Shown piece by piece: positions 32,003 through 45,952 of a DNA stretch of 64,000 nt (the first letter of the stretch is position 1; each line of letters begins with the position of its first letter). Both the position numbers and the translations under genes were made by a program. Below the pieces are notes generated by a model. That model was not told the DNA's origin and made no database searches. It saw only the letters and a program-made list of their open reading frames with translations. The stretch lies in contig OX597833.1 in NCBI GenBank assembly GCA_951406725.2, positions 70,866,001 through 70,930,000 of the forward strand. The letters are read 5' to 3'. The DNA is from Octopus vulgaris (taxonomy: Eukaryota).

Positions 32003-32585
32003 ATGTAAAAAGCACCCACTACACTCTCGGAGTGGTTGGCGTTAGGAAGGGCATCCAGCCGTAGAAACTCTGCCAGATCAGACTGGAGCCTGGTGCAGCC
32101 TTCTGGCTTCCCAGACCCCGGTCGAACCGTCCAACCCGTGCTAGCATGGAAAGCGGACGCTAAACGATGATGATGATGATGATGATGAAATGTCTACGTG
32201 ACACGTAAAAAGCACCCATTACGCTCTTGGAGTGGTTGGCATTAGGAAGGGCTGTAGAAACCTTGATAGATCAGACCGGAGCCTGGTGCAGCCTTCTGGC
32301 TTCCCAGACCCCAGTTGAACCGTCCAACCCATGCTAGCATGGACAGCGGACGCTAAACGATGATGATGATGATGATGATGAAATGTCTACGTGACATAAA
32401 AAGCACCCATTACACTCTCAGAGTGGTTGGCATTAGGAAGGGCATCCAGCTGTAGAAACCTTGATAGATCAGACTGGAGCCTGGTGCAGCCATCTGGTTC
32501 GCCAGTCCTCAGTCAAACCATCCAACCCATGCCAGCATGGAAAGCAGGCGTTAAACAACAACAACGACGATGATGATGATGATGT
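32003..32585 (+). repeat. Three head-to-tail copies of the RTE 3' UTR terminal segment
   Basis: Each ends in (gat)n; copies 2 and 3 share the junction gaaatgtctacgtgaca. Confidence 0.85.
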
Positions 32586-32914
32586 CTCACTATCAAATAA
32601 ATAATTAACTGACAACGCAGAATTTCAATGAAATCTTGCCAACTCTGTCTCTCCGTCCCCACTATCTCTCCCCGCTCCCCCCCTCTCTCTCTGCTGAGCT
32701 GTTTTACCACTGCAGTCTGTTGTCTGCTATAATTCTATTTAGCTTCTTATTGTCACTGCATCGTCTGCGCACGGTTGAGCAACCGTCAGTCGCTTTCTAA
32801 GTTTTCTGTAAATAGATTGGAAAAACCCAAGCAGAAGAGAATCTTGTATTTTTTCCCTTTCCCCTTTTCTCTTTGAATTTATCCCCCCCTTAACCCTTCC
32901 ACAGATTCACCCCC

Positions 32915-33235
32915 TTTTCATCATCATTGTTCGACCGTGGTCAAGATATTTGTATGATTTTTACAGCTGATGAGGTGTTTGTTTGGTGTTGTTTGGTTGG
33001 GAGCTGACTCTTCTCCATCAGGTGATACCCGTCTGTTAAGATTGAGGGCATCACCGTCAATGGATGCCCTTGGAGGTGCAACGTGATCAGAGACAGGACC
33101 CGGCAAAGCAGGGGCTGGACCTATATCTGCAGGTATACCATTAGGTCTGGTTCCCTGCGGAAGAGGAACCCTGGTGCAGTTAATTGTAAATTCCATAGAC
33201 TTTTCAAATGGCTAATAATGTGTGCGTGCGCCCCC
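32915..33235 (-). mobile_element. Internally deleted (5'+3') RTE-like LINE derivative carrying a 90-aa ORF
   Basis: Last about 30 nt (cttgaccacggtcgaacaatgatgatga) match the LINE terminus at 54370-54400; upstream HLISCKNHTNI resembles the lead-in to an RTE endonuclease. Confidence 0.5.
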
Positions 33236-33412
33236 TTTTGATAAATGTTTCAACAGCAAACGTATTGTGTGCACCTGTCCGAACCACGATGCTAACTGGA
33301 AGAATAATGGTAAAACCTTCGTCAAAAGGAAGATGCTGTTACCGGAAGCCTGACTTTGCTGATGCTACACCAGTGGCCGAATAAAATGCTGCTGGTCTTT
33401 CTGCTGGACCTT
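33236..33412 (-). mobile_element. Possible 5' remnant of a Tc1/mariner (DUF4817-type) transposon
   Basis: Minus strand reads RTGAHNTFAVETFIK, like the N-terminal W-G-HRAFAVE-F-K motif of these transposases. Confidence 0.4.
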
Positions 33413-33414
33413 GT

Positions 33415-34135
33415 GTGTAGATATGTATGGGGATGTGTGTGTGTGTGTGTGTGTGTGTATACATATGTATGTATGTATATATAATGTGTTTGTGTATGTA
33501 TATATAATATGTATGTGTATGTATGTATATGTGTGTGTGTATGTGTATGTATATATAATGTGTGTATATATATATATGTGTGTGTATATGTATATATAAT
33601 GTGTGTATGTAAATATGTGTGTGTATATGTATATATAATGTGTGTGTATGTATATATATGTGTGTATATGTATATGTTTGTATGTATATATAATATGCAT
33701 ATGTTTGTATGTATATATAATATGTATGTGTGTGTATATGTATAATGTGTGTGTATGTATATATATGTATGTGTGTGTATATGTATATATAATATGCATA
33801 TGTTTGTATGTATATATAATATGTATGTGTGTATGTATATATAATGTGTGTGTATGTATATATATGTGTGTATATGTATATGTTTGTATGTATATATAAT
33901 GTGTGTGTGTATGTATATATAATATGCATATGTTTGTATGTATATATAATGTGTGTGTGTATGTATATATAATATGCATATGTTTGTATGTATATATAAT
34001 GTGTGTGTGTATGTATATATAATATGCATATGTTTGTATGTATATATAATGTGTGTGTGTATGTATATATAATATGTATATATGTGTGTGTATGTATATA
34101 TAATATGCATATGTGTGTGTGTGTATATATGTATG
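33415..34135. repeat. Compound TA/TG minisatellite with about 60-bp higher-order repeats
   Basis: gtgtgtgtgtatgtatatataatatgcatatgtttgtatgtatatataat repeated at 33901, 33951 and 34001. Confidence 0.95.
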
Positions 34136-35014
34136 CATTGTAAATATTCTTGTTTGTTTTTGTAATAAAAATATAATAAAAAATAATTAAAATCAAAGTT
34201 TTGATTTATTTATTGTTGTTGTTATTGTTTGAGATCTTTGCCATTTTTTCTTTCTTTTTTCCTTTTTTTTTTGTGCTGCTTTTAACCATTTCTGATAATT
34301 TAAATCGCCGTCCATGGTTTGGGCTGTTTACATCGAGGTGGTTCCTATGTTTTGCAAGCTGCATGGTGACCCCCAATAGTGCCAGTGGCATGTAAAAAGC
34401 ACCCAGGACACACTGAAATGGGTTGGCATGAGGGAGGGCATCCGGCCGTAGAATCCATGTCACAACAGACAAATGGGGTGTTATGTGGTCACTGAATCCT
34501 TGTCAAACCATCCAACCCATTACAGCATGGATCATGGACACTAAAGGATGATGATGATATATGCATGAAGCTAGTGTGTGTATGTATGTAGAGGCACAAT
34601 GGCCCAGTGATTAGGGCAGCAAACTCGCAGTCGTAAGATCGTGGTTTTGATTCCCCAACTGGGTGTTGTGAGCAAAAACACCTAAAGTTCCATGAGGCTC
34701 TGGCAAAGGTTGGTGGCAAACCCTGCTGTACTCTTTCACCACAACTTTCTCTCACTCTTTCTTCCTGTTTCTGCTGTACCTGTGTTTCAAAGGGCCAGCC
34801 TTGGTCACGCTGAATCTCCTCGAGAACTGCGTTAAGGGTACACATGTCTGTGGAGTGCTCAGCCACTTGCATGTTAATTTCACAAGCAGGCTGTTCCATT
34901 GATCATATCAACTGGGACCCTCGTTGTTGTAACCGACAGAGTGCCATTTGCAATCTCATGAACCCACCCACTCATCCTACCCAATCTTTGGTCACTCTTC
35001 ATTTATATACACTT

Positions 35015-35350
35015 CCCTCAGTGGTTAGTGTCGGACTCACACTCATGAGGTTGTGAGTTCGAATCCTGGACTTGGCTGTGTGTTGTGTTCTTGAGCAAGA
35101 CACTTTATTTCACGTTGCTCCAGTTCACTCAGCTGCAGAAATGAGTTGCAACATCACAGGTGCCAAGCTGTATCGGCCCCTTTGCCTTTCCCTTGGATAA
35201 CATTGGTGGCGTGGAGAGGGGAGGCTCGTATGCATAGACAGCTGCTGGTCTTCCATATATAACCTTGCCCAGACTTGTGCCTCAGGGGGGTATTTTCTAG
35301 ATGTAATCCCGTGGTCATTCATGACTGAAGGGGGTCTTTACCCTTTTACC
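35015..35350 (+). mobile_element. tRNA-derived SINE, fourth family (diverged copy at about 3800-3960)
   Basis: agtggttag A-box, gagttcgaatcc B-box, gtgttcttgagcaagacactt CORE-like segment. Confidence 0.75.
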
Positions 35351-36374
35351 CCCAACATCACATTTTCACCATTCTCTCTCTCTCTCTTCTCTCTGGTGCC
35401 ACATAAAAAGCAGCCAATACACTCCGTAAAGTGGTTGGCATTAGCAAGGACATCCAACTGTAGAAACTATGCCAGAACGGGCAGGAGAACTTGGTGCAGC
35501 CCTATGACTTGGCCTGTTCCTGTCAAACTGTCCAACCCATGCCAGCATGGAAAACGGGCGTTAAATGATGATGATGATGATGATGATGTATAGTGTCAAA
35601 TCCACATCAAGCATGGGAAAGTAAAATAGACGCAAAAAAAAAAAATTTTATCACGCAAACACACACACAGACACACACACACATGCACAACACTTAGCTT
35701 TTATATCAACATGCAAACTCTTTACTTGTTTGCCTATCAAACTTCTTATAAGTTTCACAACGAGTCCTTCATTGCCAAACACAAGGGCTACTTTCTAAAG
35801 CTGAAGAATTTACGGCTCAGGAATGGTAAGTTATTAAAAAGCCTACTATTCTAATGAAGGCCATTTACTTCTTTTGTTAAACGCTGCTTATCTACTAAAT
35901 ATGTCACATCTCGTATACCAGACATCACCCACTTTATAAGGAGAATGCTTGCGATTTCGTGATGAGGGAGGGGAAGGGACGGGCGGTGATGCACTTCTCA
36001 TGGCTCATGCTGAAACCAATCCTCTTCTCAGGGTTGTGTGTGTGTGTGTGTGTGTGTCTTTCCCCGCCACACCGCTTGGTAACCGGTGTAGGTTTGTTTA
36101 CGTCCCCGCAACTTAGCAGTTCTGCAAAAAAAAAAATAAATAAATAATAAATAATAAATTTGCCGTAAAAAAATAAACACTGGGGTCAACTCGTTCGATT
36201 AAGGCCTTCAGAGCGATTCCCCATCACGACTGCAAGTCCAATTACTGGGACAAGTAAAAGAGAAAAAGAAATATTTCTCAGAAGTGTGTGTATACATATG
36301 CATTTGTGTGTGTGTGTGTGTGTGTGCGCTCGTATATAAAGTGTCCCCCATAGATAAACTTAGGCATGTATAAA

Positions 36375-36600
36375 TACATGGCAGAAACGTTAGCGCGGCG
36401 GGCGAAATGCGTAGCCGTATTTCGTCTGCAGTTACGCTCTGAGTTCAAATTCCGCCGAGGTCGACTTTGCCTTTCATCCTTTCGGGGTCGATAAATTAAG
36501 TACCAGTTACGCACTGAAATCGATGTAAACGACTTCATCCGTTTGTCTGTCCTTGTTTGTCCCCTCTATGTTTAGATCGCCCTGTGGGTAGTAAAGAAAT
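36375..36600 (+). mobile_element. Meta-domain SINE, near full length (copies near 925(-), 5590, 10745(-), 40065(-), 40255(-), 44925, 48285(-), 50510, 54533(-), 56895(-))
   Basis: ctgagttcaaattccgccgaggtcgactttgcctttcatcctttcggggtcgataaattaagtacc matches the Meta-SINE central domain as recalled. Confidence 0.85.
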
Positions 36601-37179
36601 GTATATAAATACCTAATGTTCGTGTGCGATTGGTCGTCGGCACTCGTTTATTGCCTTTATGCTCTTCCGTACTTGTCTTTCGCGCACCCGCTACCGTATT
36701 AGTAAATCCTAATTGCCTCCCCAACACAAGCGCATGTGCGCTCACACAAACACACAGACAGCCTGACACAAACACACAGACACTCACACACACGCGTAAC
36801 CGAGTCAGTTTACAGTGCATTGACACCATTCACAGCTCTTTGCTGCCAGTCGTAATTATCCCTCTTAATATATCTTGGATGCGAGCTCGCAAACATACAC
36901 CACACTTATAGATGTGTGTGTGTGATTGATATATAATTAATTAAACACCGTACCAAGGTAAGACCTTTAAATATACATATATATATATCTTAATATTCGT
37001 GTCTACATTTATACGAGTTAATCTGTACTTTCGTTTTATTTGTCTAATCTCTCTTATTCTTTAATAATCTGACGATCGATGTAAACTCGAAAAAATGGGG
37101 AAGAAAAAAAAAGGGAAAATCTTTTTACTTTTTACTTTTCAAGTGTTTCTCTATCATGGCGGATAAAAAACTATAAAAA

Positions 37180-37855
37180 GGCCACAAACGATCTGAGGGG
37201 ACTCTAAGCTGTGCGGTAGCTCGATCGGGTAGAAATAGTAGCCAAATAGCCCTCGTTTCATACACCACATCCGTCCTAAGTACGGTGGAAAAGCCCATTG
37301 GTTGATGTCGTTGTCATTTGCTGTTTAACCCAAGGCCGACGCACTGCGCGACCAGGTTGACGTACGACCAAAGGCGTTCTTGTTTTGACCGTCCCGTCTT
37401 GTTGTTTTAGGGATACGCAAGACTAGGAGTATATCATCTAATGTACTACTCTTCCTTTTATTGTTTAAGACGGTTGGGAGTGATTTGAGGGGATTTGGTT
37501 GCTATTTGTAGCAGGTCGTGTAACATTGTGAAAACTTCCTGGTTGGATGATAGCTCGATTGGGTAATGTTCCTACGTACGCCTCTAAAACGATGGGATGG
37601 TCATGACGGGAGAGTCTTTGACGATACGTGGACTCGTTATTCAAGCTTTATCCAGAACTAAGAAAAACAACAATCAACAACATCGATTTCAGATCTCACC
37701 CCCACCCGACCTGAATAAGGAATGAACACACCAGATAAGGCTGTTACTACATATAACTCTAAAAAGACGGGATGCTCACGGCAGGGGCGTCTTTGATAAT
37801 AGGTCTGTCTACAGTCACTAACCTGGAGCTACAACAACAAGACCATCAACAACAC

Positions 37856-37912
<57 letters not shown>

Positions 37913-40900
37913 CCATCGATCAAATGAGGGAGTGTCCACTTTGTCGCTTCCCCTCAGAAATAGCAGCTAAATGCATCTCAAATCACACTGAAACCTTTAA
38001 AAATGAGGAAGAACATCGAATAAAATGGTCGTGGAGATATATATTAAAAAAAAGAGGTTGGATGGCCACTGTTAGAGTGTCTTCATTCATAGGTCTGCTG
38101 GATCAGGGCTGACGTGTCGCTAAACTAAGTCTTAAGAGGCAGGATAGTCAAGGGTGGAACGCCTTTGATCAGTGATCAACAACGACAACATTATGTATGG
38201 TTGTGTTTTTTAAATTTTTCTCCGCTCCAAAGAGGCGAGGTGGGCACCTTTGTTTAATTTGGGACGTCTTTGTTGATTATTGAACTCGTGTCTTGCCTTG
38301 ATTCGGTCGACACAACAGACATCTATGATCGAAGATGTTCCAGTCGTGCCCATCCAGCCTTTAGTATATCATGGACTACATTGTTTCTTTTCTTTACAGA
38401 TGGTCGGCTGTATATAATTTGAGGGAGGTTTAGCTTCTGTTTCTAACGAGTCGAACTATTGCATAGAAGCACGTTCATTGCTGGTTGTTTAACCCCAGGT
38501 CAGACCCGACCAAACACACCTGTGATTCGAGTCCCTTCACCTCCACTCGTATTTTTTATCATTATTATTCTTTTTTTTTATGTCCTTCGTCACTTTTTTA
38601 GAGATCGGTAGGATATGTGCTTTGATAAACATTTGACTGCTATTTCTAGCAGGTTTTACCCTTGAATCAACACTTCGCTCCAAAAACTCTAGAGTTCGTT
38701 CTTTTATGAAGATTTTGCGGAAATTTTAGCTTTGGTTTTTTATTATTTAACTCTTCTATTTCTTCAGTTCTTTTCTCTTTTACCAATTTTTTAAACGGTG
38801 CTGCTAATGAGATGGCATTTATTGTCTTCTTAGTTTTACCCTTAATTGTTGCTTATGAAGGAGACCTATAATTAAAGGCGTTCCAGTCATGACGATTCCA
38901 TCATAATTTCTGACACTATATTCTTTAGTGTATCCGTTCCATTTTTCTTTTAAGATGGTAAAGGAATTTGGCTGTTATTTTTTGTTGTTCGAGCGACTAA
39001 GTAGAGATTTTCTGTTCTGCTGTCTCTTTTACAAACCAGAGATAACAGAAAGAACTCAATATATCAGCCACGGTGTATTTAATCTTGTTTATTAGCTGAG
39101 AATGCCCTGAGGGGTCGTTGCCATAACACTTAGCAAAGTTTTGAACAACTGCCAAATGTACATTGTCATCGTCGTTTGACTTGAAAGTCCGTGTTCTGAC
39201 TGGCCTGAGTTGGGCTCGAACCGACAAGCTGTATGTATGTATGTGTGTGTCGATGAAAACTTGTTTGAAATCTTATAAATAAAAACACAAACTAAAACAT
39301 TTCGTGGTTGCCCAAATGCAAACATAAAATGTAAGTTTATATTCCGAAATGGATGTATTTGGCCTTCTTTTCTGTAGACGCAAACACGCCCATATAGAAA
39401 GAAAGAAAAAAACTATGTGAATTTATATATTTTCTAAATACCTGTGTGTGTATATAAAGGTTCTCTTCTTTATACACAAAAGAATACAGGGTCCACATTT
39501 CTAAATGGAATGTATATAATCTTCTATTTTATATATACACACAAAATTACCCTTTTAATGTGGACAAGTAGCTTCTTTGTATACATAAACACACACACAT
39601 ATACATCCATAGACAATGTTACTTAATATTTCTTAATGTGTGTTGATCTACACACATTTAATCTAGTTATATATAGAGTACACCCACGTACCATAGGTAT
39701 GCAGTTGTGTACACACACCTACGTCTGTAAGAAAGAATTGTAAAGTTCATCAGCCCAGGCTCTTCTTCTTACAAGAACAAATTCCTCTAAATGTTGGCGA
39801 AGCCTGTATCTATAATGGAATGAGTACAGTGGTTGCTCGACCTGTTAAAAACAGCTGCTAAATGTCACAGCACCCAACTGTTTCGAAAACAGAAGGACAC
39901 TGTATCTGTCGTAGATGTTTGTACTTGTTTTGGCAAGTGATTTATAGCAACATTATTATATTATTTTGTTAGTCTTCGATGCCTTACGGTCGTGGCCAGG
40001 TTATCTTCAGGGTTGTACCACACCTAAACAACAACCACAAGCATGATAATAAATGCTTCAAGTTTTGGCACAAAGCCAGCAATTTTTAGGGGAAGTGGTA
40101 AGTCGATTATATCGATCCCCAGTGTTCAACTGGTACTTATTTCATCGATCTCTGAAGTATGAAATGCAAAGTCCATCACGGTAGAATTTGAACTCAGAAT
40201 CGAAAGAAATTCCGCTAAGCATTTTGTCCGACGTACTAACAATTTATTCTAATTTTTGTGCAAGGCCTGGATTCTTGTGATGGGGAGGGTCAGCCGCTAA
40301 CATCGCCTTCAGTGCTCAACTGGTTCTTTATTTTATCGACCCCGAAAGAATGGAAGGCAAAGCCGATGACCGCGGCGGGATTTGAAACCTGAACGTAAAG
40401 AATCGGAGAAAATACCGCATTGCATTTTGTCCGACGCTCTGACAATTCTGCCAGTTGTGATAATAATAATAACAATAATAATTTCCGTATTTGTCACAAG
40501 GACGACGAATGGCGAGGACATTACAAGGACAGATTACAAAAAATGCTGGAGGTTTTTTTTTTTCCCCCCCATTGACTCGATTATGGGTTTTAAAAAAAAA
40601 CAGACAGATAACTTTATAAAAGGAAACGAAATGTCTCGTCATCCAGTAGTAGATGGATAGTCGTCTGGGGCCAGTCGAAAAGTTCCCGGATCACTCTTAA
40701 AATAGTAACAAATTACTCTGCACTCAAAGACATCCACACTTATCTACTTATGTGGAGAAAAGACCGCGTGATAATGAGTCAAAACCACCAATTGTCCTTT
40801 AAGGTCGATGTTTTTCTTTGTCTTTGTCCCTTCAGCTCAGTAAAGCAGAGGGAATCGAAATCGTAATATACTGGGGGTTATTTGGGGTTGGAAAGGAAAT

Positions 40901-41290
40901 TCAATCGATTTTACTTTCTTTAAAAAAAAAAAACGAAAAGCATTCATCGTCGACCTTGTGACCTAAGTAGGATGTGGTCGCTCGACCAGCTTTGAAATAG
41001 GGGTCAAAATTTCCCCCAAATCCAAAGTTTTACCGTCTTTAAAACACGAGAAAGGACACATTGGATACCGCAGTCTTAGTCCTTAACTATACTGTGACTG
41101 CAATTAAGACATGGTGGACATAACTGGAACGCCTATTGGTCATAGATTTACGGGGCGGAACAGCGACTGAGAAGAACACATTTGATAGTGTAGTCCGAGG
41201 TGGGCGTAAGAAGACACATGGGTCATGGCTGAAATTGTTTTTAATCTCGAAATTTGTTCAGTGACGGTTGGACCCGAGGCCATCGACAAC
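37180..41290. repeat. Cluster of old diverged interspersed repeats in both orientations
   Basis: Recurrent gctcga-c-gctagaaatagcagc-aaat..caaatcacac and ggatggtcatg-ctggaa-gcctttgat motifs near 37215, 37480, 37590, 37950, 38420, 38630, 39830 and 40975. Confidence 0.55.
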
Positions 41291-41744
41291 TAAAATGCGT
41301 AAATTACCAAAAATAAGAATGTTGCCGGATGACGAAGATGATGATGATGATGGGGGTAGATAAGTTGATGGGGACAATTCAGTTGTTTTTTATTGTTTGT
41401 GCTAGAAAGGCTTTTTTAACCCTGCGTTTGATTGCTATTCCGGGTTTAAATATCAGCCACAGATAAAATAAAAAAAGAAAAGAAAAGAAAAAAGATGTTG
41501 GGTGTGAATTTGATGACAAACACACTACTTCTCAGCCTGCTGTCCTGATGCTCTCTCTTTCTCTCTTTCTCTCTCTGTCCTTCCTCTTACACACTTCTCT
41601 TGCCCGGGTTTTTTGGTTTCTTCCTTACAACCTAACTTTTAAATCATTCTATATACACATCCATTTAGCACGAACAAGTGAATATCTTCGTATAGTAATA
41701 GAAATTTCTAAATATAGAATACATAAATTAATGACTCTCTCTCT

Positions 41745-41877
41745 CCCTCTGTCTATCTATCTATCTGTCTATTTATCCATCTGTCTATCTATTTTCGACT
41801 GGCCCCAGACGACTATCCATCTATCTATCTATATTTATCTATCTGTCTATCTATCTATCTATCTATCCATCTGTCTG

Positions 41878-41932
<55 letters not shown>

Positions 41933-41935
41933 CTC

Positions 41936-41973
<38 letters not shown>

Positions 41974-42034
41974 CGTCTGTCTGTCTATCTATCTATCTGT
42001 CTGTCTATCTATCTACCTATCTACCTATCTATCC

Positions 42035-42077
<43 letters not shown>

Positions 42078-42088
42078 ATCTATCCATC

Positions 42089-42151
<63 letters not shown>

Positions 42152-42196
42152 CTCTCTATCTATCTATCTGTCTATCTATCTATCCATCTATCTATC
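41745..42196. repeat. (ATCT)n / GATA tetranucleotide satellite
   Basis: Direct inspection. Confidence 0.95.
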
Positions 42197-42526
42197 TTTT
42201 TCTCCCTCTCCATACTTCTTTACCCAGGGGATTGGGTTTGTTTCTTCCACTTCTAAACCATTCCATACACATCACATACATTGGCATGAAATTCTCTGTT
42301 GAGAAATTGTGCCTAGTTTTTAAAAAAATTTTTGAGGAGTAATATTTTTTTTAATAAGTTCCTCCACCCTATTTATATATTGAGTACATTGCCTTAAATC
42401 ATGTTTTTCCTTGTTTTTTTTTAAAACAAGATACACAAATAACCAAATATATATAATTGTGTGCATGTATATATATATATATATATATATATCTGTGTGT
42501 GTGTGTGTATATATTTGTGTATGTTT

Positions 42527-42561
<35 letters not shown>

Positions 42562-42949
42562 ATATTTGTGTATGTATATAATATATATATATATATATTA
42601 CACACATATATACATACACAATTATGTATGTGAATGTCTCTCCATGCATATATATACCGTAAATGAATAAAAGCGATTTCTTTCACAAATACGATTGATT
42701 GATAGTTTTAGACACAAATATTTTTTTTTAAAGGTACTTTTTTGTTATGTTTGTTGCTTTTCTAAGTGTGGCTTCTTTAAAATATTCAACAGCAACACAA
42801 ATAATAGTAATAATAATATTAAATAAAACAAAATGTCCATTATTGAATTGTGTGCGTTTGTGTGTGTTGAGAGAAGTCAGTAAGAAGCCAGAGATTGCTC
42901 AGGTATTTTTAGAACCACGTGAAGTGGTTTGAAGCAAGTGCGTGAAGTT

Positions 42950-43160
42950 CAGTCGACCGAGTTCGTTTGAAATATTTCAGTGGAGAGAGAGAGAGAGGAA
43001 TTTGTGGGCAGGGGAAGGGGGAGTGGGGGAATTCCAGTGGGATGCAGTTGTTCCTGGAACTACATTCCTTTGGAATGCAGCAGTAGCAGCGGAAAGCGAC
43101 AGGAGACAGGAGAGAAAGGACAGCCTAACAATGGGTCACGGATCAGACATGTCGGTGAGT
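42950..43160 (+). other. Candidate first exon of a second gene (MGHGSDMS then splice donor)
   Basis: Inr-like TCAGTC at 42950, unique purine-rich leader, acaATGG at 43131, strong donor TCG|GTGAGT at 43155. No downstream exon recognised. Confidence 0.4.
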
Positions 43161-44819
43161 GTGAGATTGACCTTTTAAGCGGATGGCGCTATCTCTTCTT
43201 TTTTTCTTTTTAAGAAAAGCATGTTGCTGAAATTTCAGACCCTCTGTCTTCATTCTAGCAGAACCTGCTAATTAAGATCAAAGATGCTCCAACAGAGAAG
43301 TTACCGTTTATTTATTATCAATTGTGTGTGTGAGAGAGAGACGTGGTAGATCTAGGACTAGATTCTTTAGTGCATCCTCTGTTAATGTGATGTGACTTGA
43401 GGTAAATTTGGCTGTTATTTTTAGCAAGTGAAGCTACCTTGTAGAAGAGGCACATTTGTTGATTCCTATCGTTATTTAGTTTCGTCGTGTGGAAGAAATT
43501 TACTTGCAATTGTTATAATGAATAAATTATGCGGTATGATATGATGGGAATTTAGCTACTGTTTCTAGCGACCTTAATAGAAGCTCAGGTTGTCGCTTAT
43601 TGAAGCAGCGTAGACCATTCCATGTGGAACTGGATCCAATGATGCGAGATCCGAGCATTGGGAAAAGAATTTATTTTGATTTTATTGTTGGAGGAAATAA
43701 TTATATTTTGCTAAAAAGTTATCAGCTTTTTTAATTATTTCAGGGCAAAACTATTTTATTATAATCATTGTGGCTGTGTGGTAAGTAGCTTGCTAACCAA
43801 CCACATGGTTCTGGGTTCAGTCCCACTGCGTGGCATCTTGGGCAAGTGTCTTAGCCCCGGGCCGATCAATGCCTTGTGAGTAGATTTGGTAGATGGAAAC
43901 TGAAAGAAGCCTGTCGTATATATGTATATATATATATGTGTGTATGTGTCTGTGTATCTGTGTTTGTCCCCCTAGCATTGCTTGACAACCGATGCTGGTG
44001 TGTTTACGTCCCCGTTACTTAGCGGTTCGGCAAAAGAGACCGATAGAATAAGTACTGGGCTTACAAAGAATAAGTCTCGAGGTCGATTTGCTCGACTAAA
44101 GGCGGTGCTCCAGCATGGCCGCAGTCAAATGACTGAAACAAGTAAAAGAGTATTGTAAATTCTCGTCTGTTGTGACACAGCCTTGCTTATGAGAAGACTG
44201 TGAGTGGAGATGGTTATCTGGTTGCTTATTGACATCCTCAGTTCTCATTTCAGTAGGCGCCTGGCATCGGAGGCAATTCATCCGTGACCATCCGGTGTGT
44301 TTTGTTTGTTTTGTTGTTTTAGAAATATTTACTTATTTGATGATACAGTCAAATGCGATTGAGAAGGGGTGGGCTGCTATTTTTAGTGGGTCAAGCAACT
44401 TGATAGTTGTTTCCTCGTTAGAGTTGTTTCTGTTCAGCATCCCCACCCCACCCGGTCAACTCTAATTCATGAAAGGCATTCCAATCGCGACCCTCCCTTC
44501 TCAGTAGACACTATGTCTATATCCACAATAGCTAATGTATATTTTTTTTGTTTTCTTTCAAAGGCGATGGGATTTGCTGTGAGATTTGACTGTTGTTTAT
44601 AGTAGGTCAGTCAGGTGGCCACCCTGAGGTTTTCTCATTGGTTTCTGTAGGAAGAGTAGGACCTGTGAGGAGAAAAGAGTGGTGGGAAGAGATCAGAAAA
44701 CTTCTGGTTCAAGGAGATAAAACAGCTTTCATACCCTTTCGTTCAAAGGCTTTTACTAAATTCACAGGCAGCCACCTATGGAATTTGAAATCTCCTAAGG
44801 AGTATCGAAGTGCCTATAC

Positions 44820-45640
44820 CAGCGTTTCTCAGCTGTGGTTCCCTGGAACCCTAAAGTTCTGCAAAGGGTTCTTAGGGGTTCCACAAGAACGAGTGAGATA
44901 AGCTAATTCTAATTTCATGATTTCATTAGCATACAGGGTGAAATGCTTAGCGGTATTTCGTCTGCCGTTACGTTCTGAGTTCAAATTCTGTCATGGTTGG
45001 CTTTGCCTGTCATCTTTTCAGGATCGATTGAATAAGTACCAGTTACACACTGGGGTCGATGTAATCGACTTGATCTTTTTGTCTGTCCTTGTTTGTCCTC
45101 TCTGCGTTTAGCCCCCTGTGGGCAATAAAGAAATAAATATCGCTATACATGCACAACATATTGGTTATTGTAATATTGATATCTTCCTATCAAAAAAAAT
45201 ATAACAACCACACACACACACACACATATATATATGCGTGGCCGAAGCCAGTGCCGCCTCGACTGGCTTCCGTGCCGGTGGCACGTAAAATGCACCAATC
45301 CGACCGTGGCCGATGCCAGCCTCACATGGCACCAGTGCAGGTGGCACGTAAAAAGCACCCACTACACTCACGGAGTGGTTAGCGTTAGAAAGGGCATCCA
45401 GCTGTAGAAACACTGCCAGATCAGACCGGAGCCTGGTGCAGCCCCTGGCTTCACAGACCCCAGTTGAACCGTCCAACCCATGCTAGCAGGGAAAGCGGAC
45501 GTTAAACGATGATGAGTTACATGAACTACGATGAAAAAATATGAGTATGTTATGGTATATAATTTTTTTTTGTGCAGGGGTTTCTTGAGACGTAATTTAT
45601 TTTAAGGATTGCGCAAGGGCACAAAGGCCGAGAAACACTG
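44820..45640. mobile_element. hAT MITE with nested Meta-SINE and RTE 3' UTR
   Basis: TIRs cagcgtttctc / gagaaacactg; perfect 8-bp TSD gcctatac (44812-44819, 45641-45648). Confidence 0.85.
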
Positions 45641-45952
45641 GCCTATACTATCAATGGTTGCTCAACCATTCATAAGCCCATAGCCAGTAATTCTCCACAT
45701 GTTTCACTAATCTTGGCTATGTTGGCTAATCTTCTGATTAATGCCTCCTCAGCAGGCTGACATGTTTGCTGCCAGACACCTGAAGCCTCTGACTTTTAAT
45801 AGATGTACTTTAGAGAGAGCCAAATATTGGCTACCAGCAACTTAATGGCGTCATGTTTTTTCCCCTCTTCTCCCTCTTCCCCAATGGCCTGAAAGGTTTT
45901 GCAAATGTCTTGGCTGCTACTTTTGCATCTTTGATTAAAGCTACACAGTATA

